Made by a program: the position numbers and the translations under genes. Below are positions 39,943 to 49,303 of a stretch of DNA of 64,000 nucleotides, in pieces (the stretch's first letter is position 1; every line of letters begins with the position of its first letter). Source of the stretch: an uncultured virus (IMG/VR IMGVR_UViG_3300042992_002627) (taxonomy: Duplodnaviria; Heunggongvirae; Uroviricota; Caudoviricetes); the IMG/VR virus record IMGVR_UViG_3300042992_002627; one strand, written 5' to 3'. The notes below the pieces were generated by a model. It did no database searches and was not told where the DNA came from. It saw only the letters and a list, made by a program, of their open reading frames with translations.

Positions 39943-40128
39943 ATGCCAAGACTCAATAAACAATACACATTAGAAGTCACAGTAGAGCAGTTCCTAGAGG
40001 CCTGCTCCTTGACAGAGCTGCAAGAGATAGATTTATTGCTAAATAAATTTATCGATAAGAAAAGGTATTTTTCTAAGGAAGAAACAATAGAGATCAAAAC
40101 AAAGCTAAACTTAACAGAGAAAAAATGA
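39943..40128 (+). CDS. Hypothetical protein
   Basis: Coupled ORF. Confidence 0.5.
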   Translation: MPRLNKQYTLEVTVEQFLEACSLTELQEIDLLLNKFIDKKRYFSKEETIEIKTKLNLTEKK

Positions 40129-40385
40129 AAGACCATCAAGAAACAAAAAAACCTCAAGACGACTGGAGGCTTGAAAAAATCGAACTAGAATTTAAATCTT
40201 ATGGAGAAAACAAAGGGAAGTATGAAGGGAGAATCAGATTTCAAAATGGCGAATTTGAAAGCTTTAGCTTCAAGATAAGGCCTGAAATGGCACAACCTTA
40301 CATTAGCATTATGAGCGAAGACATCGTTAAGTGTGCTGAATCTTTAGCTTCTCGCTTAATAGATTCTTTAGGACTACAAAAGTAA
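40125..40385 (+). CDS. Hypothetical protein
   Basis: Its stop codon TAA is part of the TAAC at the attC-like site. Confidence 0.5.
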   Translation: MKDHQETKKPQDDWRLEKIELEFKSYGENKGKYEGRIRFQNGEFESFSFKIRPEMAQPYISIMSEDIVKCAESLASRLIDSLGLQK

Positions 40386-40519
40386 CGTTTTGATTGGCGA
40401 TGGGCGGGCTTTTCAGCACAAAAGTTGGTTCGTAGAAATGAACTTTCGGCTATCACAAAACTGTCAAGCGGAGACGAAACCCCGCCTATTGCCAATTTGC
40501 TCGATTATATGCCGTTTTT
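40383..40519 (-). repeat. Solitary attC-like hairpin
   Basis: TAAC-gttttg-ATTGGCGATGGGCGGG...CCCGCCTATTGCCAAT; same architecture as the 57927-59490 sites. Confidence 0.6.
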
Positions 40520-40529
40520 CTATCTGTCG

Positions 40530-41612
40530 TCATATTCCGCTTTTAATTCTGTTGTCGTGTTTGCATAACATTTGGCAATTGTCTGCTGTTGTTTTACCGC
40601 CACTGTGCCAAGGTGTAATGTGATCGGCTTCCATTTCGTTTAGTTCAAATTCAACACCGCACTTTACACAAATTCCTTTTTGTCTTTCAAACGATTCACG
40701 TTTTTGTTTATCTGTAAATGCTCTGATACTTAAATATTTCTCGTTTCGGGTCAAAACGTATTCGTAAATACCTGATTTTTTTGTTACGTCTTCGTCTTGC
40801 ATTAAGGTTGTTATTTCTTCCTCTATTTTTTTGGCATCAAATTCTTTGTCTTTGAAGTTGTTGTATAAGATACCATAATTTACGCCTTTCATTTCACGGC
40901 GATATTTTGGAAAAACAACTTTTATCCAAGTCATTAAACTTGTAAAGTATAACCACAATTCGCTTGCATTTGGCTTGTGTTGGTTTTCTGCCATATACTG
41001 CTCAATATTGTCGTTACTTAACCAACTAATTGCTGTTTCTAAATAGTCTTGTCTGATTGCCGAACCGTTCATATAGTCGTTGCCAATATTATAAGCAGCA
41101 CAACCTGTTTTACTGAAATACTTTTTAGCTTCAGTTAGCCAAGTTCCTGTATAAATTGCGTTCCGTAATTCCTGCTGAGTTAGTTTTTCGCCTGCAATGT
41201 TTATGGTTTTGAACCAGTCCAATTTTTCTTTGTCATTGCCCTCACAAAAATAAACCATCAATTTATAATCTAAAATTTGTTCTTTCTCAACATTTGTAAG
41301 ATTATGAAAGTACATTGAGTTTAATGAAAAACTGCCTGTTACATATTCGCAAATACTTATTGTTCTTTGTTGTCCGTCTAAAACTTCGTAAGTATCATCT
41401 GCGTTTTTAACCCAGTACATTACGTTTAAAGGAAAGTTCTTTATAACGGTTTCAATTACGGCATCTCTTTGTTTGTCTTTGTAAACAAATTCACGTTGAT
41501 ATTTTGGGCGAATATTCAATTTACCACTAAAGCCAACAACTCCTTCTTCGTTGTCGTTAAAATAACCTTTTGATACTTCTCGTATTGAAATTTCTTTTAA
41601 TTCTATTTTCAT
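40530..41612 (-). CDS. DUF262 plus HNH endonuclease (GmrSD-like restriction protein)
   Basis: PKYQREFVY and VLDGQQR motifs; C-terminal CxxC...ADHITPW...N...C..HDN. Confidence 0.85.
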   Translation of the reverse strand: MKIELKEISIREVSKGYFNDNEEGVVGFSGKLNIRPKYQREFVYKDKQRDAVIETVIKNFPLNVMYWVKNADDTYEVLDGQQRTISICEYVTGSFSLNSMYFHNLTNVEKEQILDYKLMVYFCEGNDKEKLDWFKTINIAGEKLTQQELRNAIYTGTWLTEAKKYFSKTGCAAYNIGNDYMNGSAIRQDYLETAISWLSNDNIEQYMAENQHKPNASELWLYFTSLMTWIKVVFPKYRREMKGVNYGILYNNFKDKEFDAKKIEEEITTLMQDEDVTKKSGIYEYVLTRNEKYLSIRAFTDKQKRESFERQKGICVKCGVEFELNEMEADHITPWHSGGKTTADNCQMLCKHDNRIKSGI

Positions 41613-42710
41613 CTATTGGATTTTCTTGTTTTTTATCAAAATTCTTGCGTAGGGTGCAATTAAGAAATTGCTATTTTCACTTATGTAATATGTACCAATT
41701 GGTTTTGTTTGCGTTTCTATTGCTAAAACACAATTTATTGCATTACCATTTTTCAATACGCCATCTTTCATTACTTTTTGCGGATTTTTATAATCTTTAT
41801 TTGGTGAAAAATTATCACGGCTATTTCCTAAACCAATTATTTCAAATTGGTCGGGATTGTATTTGTCAATAAAAGTAATTGGCACTCCAATTACACCTTT
41901 ATAATCCATTGGAATTTCTTTTGTCTTATCAACATTTATTGCATCATAGTTGTCATACTTTGGATATTCAGTTTCATTTCCATAATATGTTTTATACAAA
42001 ATTATATCTTCGTGTCTTTTTTTCGTGTCAATATTCGTGTACCAAACAATTCCTGAAACTCTTATCATTCCTTCTTTATGGTCAGTATCAGAGGCATAGT
42101 CTTCATAATGTTTGTTTATAAAATGTGCCATATTTCTATTAAATCCATAGCCTAACCATACTTTATTGGCTTTTATTAGCTTGAAGATTTCTTTATACGT
42201 TATTGAATTTTGGTGTCCAATAATTATAAATTTTTTGTCGTATTCGATTAATTGGGCAACATATTCTCTAAAAAGTGAAAATGGTGGATTTGTTACAACT
42301 ATGTCGGCTTCTTTTAATAGTTCAATACATTCTTTGCTTCTAAAATCGCCATCGCCTTTTAATGTTTTAATTCCAATTTCTTCTGGATTTGGAATATTAT
42401 CTCCGTTCTTGTCGCCTGTATATTCTAAATAAATTGCTTGTTCAGATTTGTTTTCGCTGAACAAGTCCATATCTTGATTTTTATAACAAGTAGCAACAAG
42501 TTTTTTAAGTCCTAACTGCTCAAAATTGTATGAAAAATAATGGAAGAAATTACTAATTCTTGGGTCATCGCAATTACATAAAACAACTTTGTTTTTAAAA
42601 TGTGCTTTATAGTGTCTTAATTCCTTTTCAATGTCGGACAGTTGAGTATAAAATTCATCGTTTTTTTCAGTACTTGCTTTCTTTAATTTGTCGTTTGAAT
42701 TTTTAGCCAT
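41613..42710 (-). CDS. Adenine-specific DNA methyltransferase, EcoRI family
   Basis: DEFYT, CNCDDP, GDGDFRS and VTNPPFSLFRE motifs. Confidence 0.9.
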   Translation of the reverse strand: MAKNSNDKLKKASTEKNDEFYTQLSDIEKELRHYKAHFKNKVVLCNCDDPRISNFFHYFSYNFEQLGLKKLVATCYKNQDMDLFSENKSEQAIYLEYTGDKNGDNIPNPEEIGIKTLKGDGDFRSKECIELLKEADIVVTNPPFSLFREYVAQLIEYDKKFIIIGHQNSITYKEIFKLIKANKVWLGYGFNRNMAHFINKHYEDYASDTDHKEGMIRVSGIVWYTNIDTKKRHEDIILYKTYYGNETEYPKYDNYDAINVDKTKEIPMDYKGVIGVPITFIDKYNPDQFEIIGLGNSRDNFSPNKDYKNPQKVMKDGVLKNGNAINCVLAIETQTKPIGTYYISENSNFLIAPYARILIKNKKIQ

Positions 42711-42909
42711 TTTTTCAGTTTGTTAAGGTCTTAAAGTTACGTTTTTAATTTCTGTTTCTTGTTGGTTTCGGGTCGTCCTATGCACACGAGGCTCTATTAA
42801 GCATCCGTCCTTAACTAACAAAATTCCTCTTTATCCGCTACGATCAAAAGCTGTGGTTTTTCTGACGTGTTTTTTCCCCTACCCCCCATCATCGAAAAAA
42901 ACTAAAAAA

Positions 42910-43135
42910 AATTGTAATTTTGTAATATTTGATGCAATATAGCAAAAACCCTAGAAAAAAAGCGTACATTCTATTTGTAATTTTGTAATTGATATTACAA
43001 AAAAATTGTAATCTAAAATCTTCTAACAAAAATACAAAAAGGCAAATCGCCTAAATTACAAAAATCACTTTCATAAAAAACCCTTATTTTATTGGGTCTA
43101 ACGAGTGAAAAATAACAGAATTACAGAATTACAAA
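42910..43135. repeat. Convergent TTGTAAT / ATTACA iterons, putative replication origin of phage A
   Basis: Multiple TTGTAAT on the left and ATTACA(A/G) on the right, in a non-coding AT-rich gap. Confidence 0.5.
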
Positions 43136-43232
43136 AAAATAATGCCTTTTTAAGGTATTTAAAACTACTTTTAAGTAACAAAATATACTTATAAGTAAAT
43201 TTTTTTACTATCTTCGTGCAAACGTTTCTGTA

Positions 43233-43724
43233 ATGCAACTACTTGACAAAGTACGAACTAACATCAATGCCTGCGCTATTGAACTATCGTTTGATGGCGT
43301 TTCAAAAGCATCTGTAATTGAAGGATGGCAACCTTTTTATAATTCCATCATGGAAAATGCCGAATTTCACAAAGCCGGTGTTTCCATTTCATCCATCAAT
43401 TATGCACAGGAAAGTGTGACCAGTGCCGCCGGAACCTCTTATAAACAGAAAGTAGTTTTTCGTTTCCCGAATGGCGATGCCTATCGTGCAGATCGGATAG
43501 CACTCATGCAAAAAATAAAGTTTGTCAACATCAAACTTTCCGATGGTCGATTGCTCACCATTGGCCGGAACGACTTCAATCAGAATACAAAACCTATTAT
43601 AAAAACGACCGAGAATTCAAAAGCCTGTGAAGTAGAAATAGAATCACAATCTATTTTCCCTTCCGGATATACTCCAAGTTATGATCGTTTCGGTCTTCCG
43701 GTCTTCATCCCTTTATCTTTTTAG
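43233..43724 (+). CDS. Hypothetical phage protein
   Basis: 163-aa ORF upstream of the tail fibre gene. Confidence 0.6.
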   Translation: MQLLDKVRTNINACAIELSFDGVSKASVIEGWQPFYNSIMENAEFHKAGVSISSINYAQESVTSAAGTSYKQKVVFRFPNGDAYRADRIALMQKIKFVNIKLSDGRLLTIGRNDFNQNTKPIIKTTENSKACEVEIESQSIFPSGYTPSYDRFGLPVFIPLSF

Positions 43725-43726
43725 CT

Positions 43727-45409
43727 ATGCCAACAACAAATCCATATCCGTTAAACATTCCTGCAAAGGTAAATTCGCCGGAGCTTCTTGCATGGTTCCA
43801 GCAGTTCGGAATTGATAAATACCTATCTGCTGAAGAAATCAATAAAATGAGTGCAGCTCTGCAATTTTTATATGAAAATTTAGGAGGTGGAGCATTGAGT
43901 CAATCAGGCATCACCACCCTAGGCACAATAACCATAGTAGATGACGAAGTAAACTTTGAAGACTTTGCCTGGAAGATTGACGGCGTTGACTATGAACTAG
44001 ATGCTCCAATTACCCGCGTGTTACCTTTAGCTGCTGAAGGAATGTACCGAACTCACACAGCTTACTTGACCACAGACAATGACATTCTTATTGCAGAAGG
44101 ACCGGAAGATAGTGAAGTCACCACAGAACCATCTATACCAACCGGAACATTACGTCTTCGAGCTTTCAATGTATTTGGTGAAGTGATTACTGCTGGACCT
44201 GGAGAGAGTTTGCCGTATGATATCAATTTATTGGATGAATTATTATCGCTTCCGGAAGATCCTGATTATTTTTTAATAAACAAAGAAGGTGTTGATTATA
44301 GAATAAAAAGATATTTTTTGACATTCTTTGATAAATTGAGAATGAAAACAAATTCATCTTATGTGCCATCTTTAGTTTCTGGCTACACTGATTTCTATAT
44401 GCTAAACAATAGGTTGTGTGCATACTTCACATCATCACATATTCAGATTGAAGGTAATACTGAAGCTGGAAGTAGTAGTGTTTTGAAAATGCCATTTGCT
44501 GCCGGTACAGCTGAAATAAATAGACCAGTATCTAATATAACAACTAGTCTTACCCTAGCTGCAACTCATAATTCAAGAACAGTTAGAGTTTCACCTATTG
44601 CAGCAAGCCCTGTTGATATTACTATTCCAAACCCATTAAGTGGTGACTATCTTTTTAATATAGTAAACGAGAGTGATGTAGTTGTTAAATTAATTCCTTC
44701 AGGTTATTTGATAAATGGTGTTGCTGAACCTTTTATTGTATTAGAAAAAAATGTCAATTATTGGGTTAAACGTGTAGCGACCAATAACTGGATTTTGAGT
44801 CCTAAGTCTGGTGCAACAACAGTTCCTTCAGCAACAGATTCACTAGCCGGAATAATGAAATTGTATAACTCATTCGGCATAAACACCGATGGTTCAATCC
44901 GTCAAGATTTCTTTACATCAACAATTAATAAAATTGAAAACTTCTTCATCTCAAAACAAAACGGAACATTTGGAAGTCATACTGGTGACTTGCTGGAAAC
45001 TGTTTTAAGCTCTGACGATGTTGTTGGTGGTTTTTTTGTAGCTGGTGACACGATGCTTATTTTAATTTCAGGAGAAAAATCAGCAGCTGTGGCGAATGTT
45101 ACTTATAGAATAAGATTTGGAACCACCGGAACAACTTCAGATGAATTAATTGCTACTTATACCGGAAACAATCGAGGTTTAAATATGCAAAGAGTAAATA
45201 TTTCATTTTTAAGCGGGAATTTAGTTCGTGTTATCTCTGCAACAACATCATTAATATCTGATGTTTTAGGAACTAGTGCTGTGTTTTCAAATGTTTCATT
45301 GACTTATTCATCTGCATTTAAAATAACTATCACAGCTCAATTAGGTAATGCAACAGAAACTGCTTCTATTAGAACTTTAAGAGCTTCAAAAATTAAATCC
45401 ATAACATAA
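43727..45409 (+). CDS. Tail fibre / receptor-binding protein
   Basis: 560 aa, S/T/G-rich beta composition, VPSATDSLAGIMKLY linker typical of fibres. Confidence 0.7.
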   Translation: MPTTNPYPLNIPAKVNSPELLAWFQQFGIDKYLSAEEINKMSAALQFLYENLGGGALSQSGITTLGTITIVDDEVNFEDFAWKIDGVDYELDAPITRVLPLAAEGMYRTHTAYLTTDNDILIAEGPEDSEVTTEPSIPTGTLRLRAFNVFGEVITAGPGESLPYDINLLDELLSLPEDPDYFLINKEGVDYRIKRYFLTFFDKLRMKTNSSYVPSLVSGYTDFYMLNNRLCAYFTSSHIQIEGNTEAGSSSVLKMPFAAGTAEINRPVSNITTSLTLAATHNSRTVRVSPIAASPVDITIPNPLSGDYLFNIVNESDVVVKLIPSGYLINGVAEPFIVLEKNVNYWVKRVATNNWILSPKSGATTVPSATDSLAGIMKLYNSFGINTDGSIRQDFFTSTINKIENFFISKQNGTFGSHTGDLLETVLSSDDVVGGFFVAGDTMLILISGEKSAAVANVTYRIRFGTTGTTSDELIATYTGNNRGLNMQRVNISFLSGNLVRVISATTSLISDVLGTSAVFSNVSLTYSSAFKITITAQLGNATETASIRTLRASKIKSIT

Positions 45410-45546
45410 TTATGTATTACAAAACAGACGAATCAGGAAACTATTTAGGAATAAAATCAGAAACGAATGAGGGTTGGGAGTTTTTCTCTACAACACCAGT
45501 GCCAACTGATATTGCTAGAGTAAGAAATGAAAACGGAACTTGGGTT
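45182..45546 (+). repeat. Direct repeat copy 2
   Basis: Matches window 1-~365. Confidence 0.95.
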
Positions 45547-46005
45547 TCAGCAATTTCTAATGAAGAATTAATTATTGAATATACTAAACGTATTCAAAAT
45601 GCTTTCACTTATTTAAGAAGAAGAGCTTTAGCATCATCTATTAATAAACAAGGTGAATGGGAATATATCTATGAACAGGCCGAACAGTATAAATTAAAAT
45701 ATAAAGTTGCCAAAGGTGAAATTGTAAACACTTCTGTTGAAGCTATGATTGCTGACGAAGCAAATGATTTTGGTATTACAAGCGAAAATATGAATGTTTT
45801 GATAATTCAAATGTATGAAGCTGGTGAGTTAGCTTATAATCAATTCACAGCAATGATTGAAAGGGGTCGAACAAAAGCATTGACAATGCTTGAAACGGCT
45901 AATTTTGATAAAGCATTACAAATTATTTTAATAATGGAAACCGTGCCGGAAAAATTGACAATGGAACAAGCAGAAGTATTGACAATTCAAATGATTTCTA
46001 TTTAA
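45412..46005 (+). CDS. Tail-fibre-associated protein
   Basis: Shares its N-terminus with 231..965; unrelated helical C-terminus. Confidence 0.5.
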   Translation: MYYKTDESGNYLGIKSETNEGWEFFSTTPVPTDIARVRNENGTWVSAISNEELIIEYTKRIQNAFTYLRRRALASSINKQGEWEYIYEQAEQYKLKYKVAKGEIVNTSVEAMIADEANDFGITSENMNVLIIQMYEAGELAYNQFTAMIERGRTKALTMLETANFDKALQIILIMETVPEKLTMEQAEVLTIQMISI

Positions 46006-46427
46006 TGAGAAAAAACAAATTATATAGTGAACTGACAGAACTTGAAAAACAACTTGCTGATTCCTACATGAAAAGCGAATTGAAAAATTTAGATTTTAAG
46101 CATCCAATTCGCTTATTGTTTCATTATGCCTGGGAAGATTATAAAGCAGACAAGTTCACATTTGATGGAGCAACGTTCTCAAAAAAATGGCACACAGCAA
46201 CATCTTTTGAAATAGCAGCGTTAGTTCATGATTGGCGTAATTCGATGGGATTTGTAGGCTATGCAGTCGACAGGGAAATGTTTGACGTAATGATTACACT
46301 GAATTACGGACTTCCATATATTATTCAACGATATATTTTGACACGATTCACCTTTTTGAATATAATCAGACATCGAATAAAAGGAACATTTAAAGGAAGT
46401 AAACTCACTAATTTATATAAACTATGA
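46005..46427 (+). CDS. DUF1353-like phage protein
   Basis: FDGAT...AALVHD motif. Confidence 0.5.
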   Translation: MRKNKLYSELTELEKQLADSYMKSELKNLDFKHPIRLLFHYAWEDYKADKFTFDGATFSKKWHTATSFEIAALVHDWRNSMGFVGYAVDREMFDVMITLNYGLPYIIQRYILTRFTFLNIIRHRIKGTFKGSKLTNLYKL

Positions 46428-46804
46428 AAAAATTATTAGCAACATCGTACAAACACATTTTAATTACATCGGCATTATTTGCCTATATTGAAATGAAAAG
46501 CAATTTAAATGGATTGAGCCTTTCTGAAACGCCGTTTATCTTCCACATCTTAGTTTATATTATTTGTGGTGCTGTTTTAAACGCGGTTTTTGAATTTGCA
46601 ATGAAAGGAATGTTTAAGATTGAACCACAAATGGAAGATGTTATTGGTGGTGGAATTGGTGGATTTTTTGCACCTATAATAGCGATGCTGCCGGTTATTG
46701 CAGTTGAGATTTATGTTTTATTTAACTTGTTTTTTGTAATTGGATTTGCAGTGTATTTTATAATTATTAAACTTAGAAAAAATGAAAATCGTAGTGGCTT
46801 TTGA
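46424..46804 (+). CDS. Membrane protein
   Basis: Several TM segments. Confidence 0.55.
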   Translation: MKKLLATSYKHILITSALFAYIEMKSNLNGLSLSETPFIFHILVYIICGAVLNAVFEFAMKGMFKIEPQMEDVIGGGIGGFFAPIIAMLPVIAVEIYVLFNLFFVIGFAVYFIIIKLRKNENRSGF

Positions 46805-46925
46805 AAAAGAAGTTTCCGAAGCGGAACAAAAACTATTTGACAAGTTTGTTGTTGATAACAATGACCTTGCAAATGAAGTTGAAGGAATTGGTGGTGGAAT
46901 TAAAAACCCCAAAAAAGAGTAAACA

Positions 46926-47267
46926 ATGAAAGGCTTTCAAAAATATGTATATCTAATCCCAATCATACAAATAATCGCCACGTTTGCGGTTTCATTTGTT
47001 GATTTAACTGACAACCAATGGGTTTATTTGGGTAATTCCGTTGGCTATTCAATTTTAACCGGATTAGTATATTTAGCCTATTTTTGGAATCCTTATTTTA
47101 AGTTTTGTTGGTTTACTAAGATTGCAGCACTTGGATTATTGATAATGGCAATTTATAACTTCTTAGGAGCTTGTTTTGATTTTAAATTTTACTCCCTTTG
47201 GTTTGACAGGATTGTATTTGTGATAGTTTTAATATTAACTTTTTTAATGCCAAAATCAAATGATTAA
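46926..47267 (+). CDS. Membrane protein
   Basis: Four hydrophobic segments. Confidence 0.55.
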   Translation: MKGFQKYVYLIPIIQIIATFAVSFVDLTDNQWVYLGNSVGYSILTGLVYLAYFWNPYFKFCWFTKIAALGLLIMAIYNFLGACFDFKFYSLWFDRIVFVIVLILTFLMPKSND

Positions 47268-47772
47268 TAGATGTATGTCGTCAACTTTGTTTCTGAATTT
47301 TATTGATGCTTTTCAGTTATCAGCAGTTTTTGGAATGGTTTCTACTTTAATTTTTGATGAAGCATCATTGTGGTTTTTGGCAAATCAAAGATATGTGAAC
47401 ATCGCTTTGGGTTGTATATTAATAGATCATGCTTTGGGAAGTATTGTTCATTCATCGGCTTATAGAAATGATTTTTGCTTTAAAAAAAATATCACCGGCT
47501 TTGCAGTTAAAATATCAATGGTTGTGGCTTTTGCATTTTTAATGGAGGGATTGGCACATGTAACTATTGAAGATGATATGATTTATCGTTACACAAAAAT
47601 GACTGGTAGAATATTGGTAATTCTTTATCCGGCCATTTCAGCAATGAAAAATATAAAAATCATTACCAATGGAAGGTTCCCGCCGGATGCTCTTGTTGGT
47701 AAACTTGAAAATTTTACAAAAGATCTAGATTTAGATAAACTTAAAAACGGAAATAATGCCGAAAGCAATTAA
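47260..47772 (+). CDS. Putative holin
   Basis: TM segments; overlaps the endolysin start. Confidence 0.55.
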   Translation: MINRCMSSTLFLNFIDAFQLSAVFGMVSTLIFDEASLWFLANQRYVNIALGCILIDHALGSIVHSSAYRNDFCFKKNITGFAVKISMVVAFAFLMEGLAHVTIEDDMIYRYTKMTGRILVILYPAISAMKNIKIITNGRFPPDALVGKLENFTKDLDLDKLKNGNNAESN

Positions 47773-48271
47773 CACGCGAAACATCGTTATTCACTGTTCC
47801 GCTGGATTTGGGGATAAAAAAAGTATTGAAGCGTTTTGGAAATCAAAAGGATGGCAGTCACCAGGTTATCATCGATTGGTTGATTTGAACGGAATTGTTT
47901 ATGAACTTGCTGATTTCAGTAAGATTGTGAATGGTGTTTTAAATCATAATGAAAAAACAATTAACATTTGCTACATTGGTGGTATTGAAAAAGTAGCGGG
48001 TAAATTCAAAGGTAAAGACACTCGAACTGCAAAACAAAAAACAGCTATTGAATATTGTATTGAAGAAGCAAAAAAATGGCTTAAAGCAAACGGTAAAGAT
48101 ATTACTAAAGATTTAGGCGTTGTGGGCCATCGTGACTTTAGCAAAGACAGCAACGGTAATGGCGTGATTGAATCATGGGAGCGAATTAAAGAATGTCCTT
48201 CTTTTGATGCTATTGCTGAATACAGCTCGAAATATGCGAGTAAAGATAGAATTGGTAAAATTCCAAGTTAA
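47756..48271 (+). CDS. Endolysin, N-acetylmuramoyl-L-alanine amidase (Amidase_2, T7-lysozyme-like)
   Basis: VIHCSA, GYH, ICYIGG, GHRD and KECPSFD motifs. Confidence 0.9.
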   Translation: MPKAINTRNIVIHCSAGFGDKKSIEAFWKSKGWQSPGYHRLVDLNGIVYELADFSKIVNGVLNHNEKTINICYIGGIEKVAGKFKGKDTRTAKQKTAIEYCIEEAKKWLKANGKDITKDLGVVGHRDFSKDSNGNGVIESWERIKECPSFDAIAEYSSKYASKDRIGKIPS

Positions 48272-48453
48272 TTATGGAAACAAACGAATTTCAGGAGTTT
48301 TTCTACTCCTATAAAAAACCTTTTTTCAATTTTATAATTGCTTTGGTTTTAGGTTCAATTTTTACTTATTTAATTTTAAAATGATAAACATAGCAATATG
48401 TTTCCCTCATTAATAAAGGAAACAATTTATAAAACACTTTAATTCATTGAGTT

Positions 48454-49149
48454 ATGAAAAATAAAAAAATAGTTTTAATAATGGTAAGTTTATTAGCTGC
48501 TCATTTTTTGATTTATGGGTGTGGCACAAAAACCAAAACCAAATCACAAACGGAAACTGAAATTAAAGCGAAAGAAGTTGCTGAAAAAGAAACTGAAAAG
48601 CAAAATGAAAGTAAACGCCTGGATTCAATTCGAGTAGTTTTAAGAGAAGAATTGAAAAAAGAATTTATTCAAAAATTTAGTGAAACTACTTCAGAAGATA
48701 ATTCCAGGACTACAACTACTGAAGTGACAGAAACTTTACAAAACCCTGTGGCTGATTTTAGGCAAGTTGGAAATAGTGATCTGTTCCTTAATGATAAAAC
48801 CGGCAGACTTTTAGAAAGAAAAACCAAAACAATTATTGAAGAACGATTTAAAAAAGAGCAACAAAAAGAAATTGAAACTAAAAAAGTTGAACAGGAAAAA
48901 CGAATAAAAGATTCAATTGCAAAAAATGAATACATTGATTCTGCTGTTGAAAAAACGGTTGAAAAACACATGTTGCAATATGAAGTTAAAAATAAAGCTA
49001 AAAATAAAGATGTTGTCCAGGAAGGTTGGCAACCCGGTTTTTGGTTTTATTTTTGGATCATCTTGATTATTCTTTTAATTATTGCTTATTTTGTGCTCCG
49101 GAAATGGCTTTTAATACAGTTTCCTTGGTTGAAAATAATGTATAAATAG
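48454..49149 (+). CDS. Putative unimolecular spanin
   Basis: N-terminal lipobox (IYGC), coiled coil and C-terminal TM. Confidence 0.55.
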   Translation: MKNKKIVLIMVSLLAAHFLIYGCGTKTKTKSQTETEIKAKEVAEKETEKQNESKRLDSIRVVLREELKKEFIQKFSETTSEDNSRTTTTEVTETLQNPVADFRQVGNSDLFLNDKTGRLLERKTKTIIEERFKKEQQKEIETKKVEQEKRIKDSIAKNEYIDSAVEKTVEKHMLQYEVKNKAKNKDVVQEGWQPGFWFYFWIILIILLIIAYFVLRKWLLIQFPWLKIMYK

Positions 49150-49227
49150 CAACTTGAATACAAACAAAATTCTTTAAAAAGCAGTTAAGTTATTGATTTA
49201 ATTGCTTTTATGTATATTCTATAATCA

Positions 49228-49271
49228 CCTTCTAAGCAGTAGGTCTCAGGTTCGAATCCTGACTGGGTCAC
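49228..49271 (+). other. attP core of phage B: 3' half of tRNA-Arg(TCT)
   Basis: CCTTCTAAGCAGTAGGTCTCAGGTTCGAATCCTGACTGGGTCAC gives anticodon loop, T arm and acceptor 3' strand. The 5' half is absent and the site abuts the integrase gene. Confidence 0.8.
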
Positions 49272-49278
49272 TTGATGA

Positions 49279-49303
49279 AGTCCGCAATTTGCGGGCTTTT
49301 TTT
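49279..49303 (+). terminator. Terminator after the tRNA fragment
   Basis: AGTCCGCA-att-TGCGGGCT-TTTTT. Confidence 0.65.

Larger units (their letters stand above)
1..45181. mobile_element. Temperate phage A, apparently one complete circularly permuted genome (siphovirus-like, Bacteroidota host)
   Basis: Has lysis, head, packaging, tail, integration, immunity and replication modules. It is bounded by a direct repeat with a 45,181 bp offset, and the att core has phage genes on both sides. Confidence 0.8.

Noticed and set aside
49200..49271. Complete tRNA-Arg gene
   Set aside because: No D-arm or 5' acceptor strand upstream of the anticodon loop, so it is treated as an att core.
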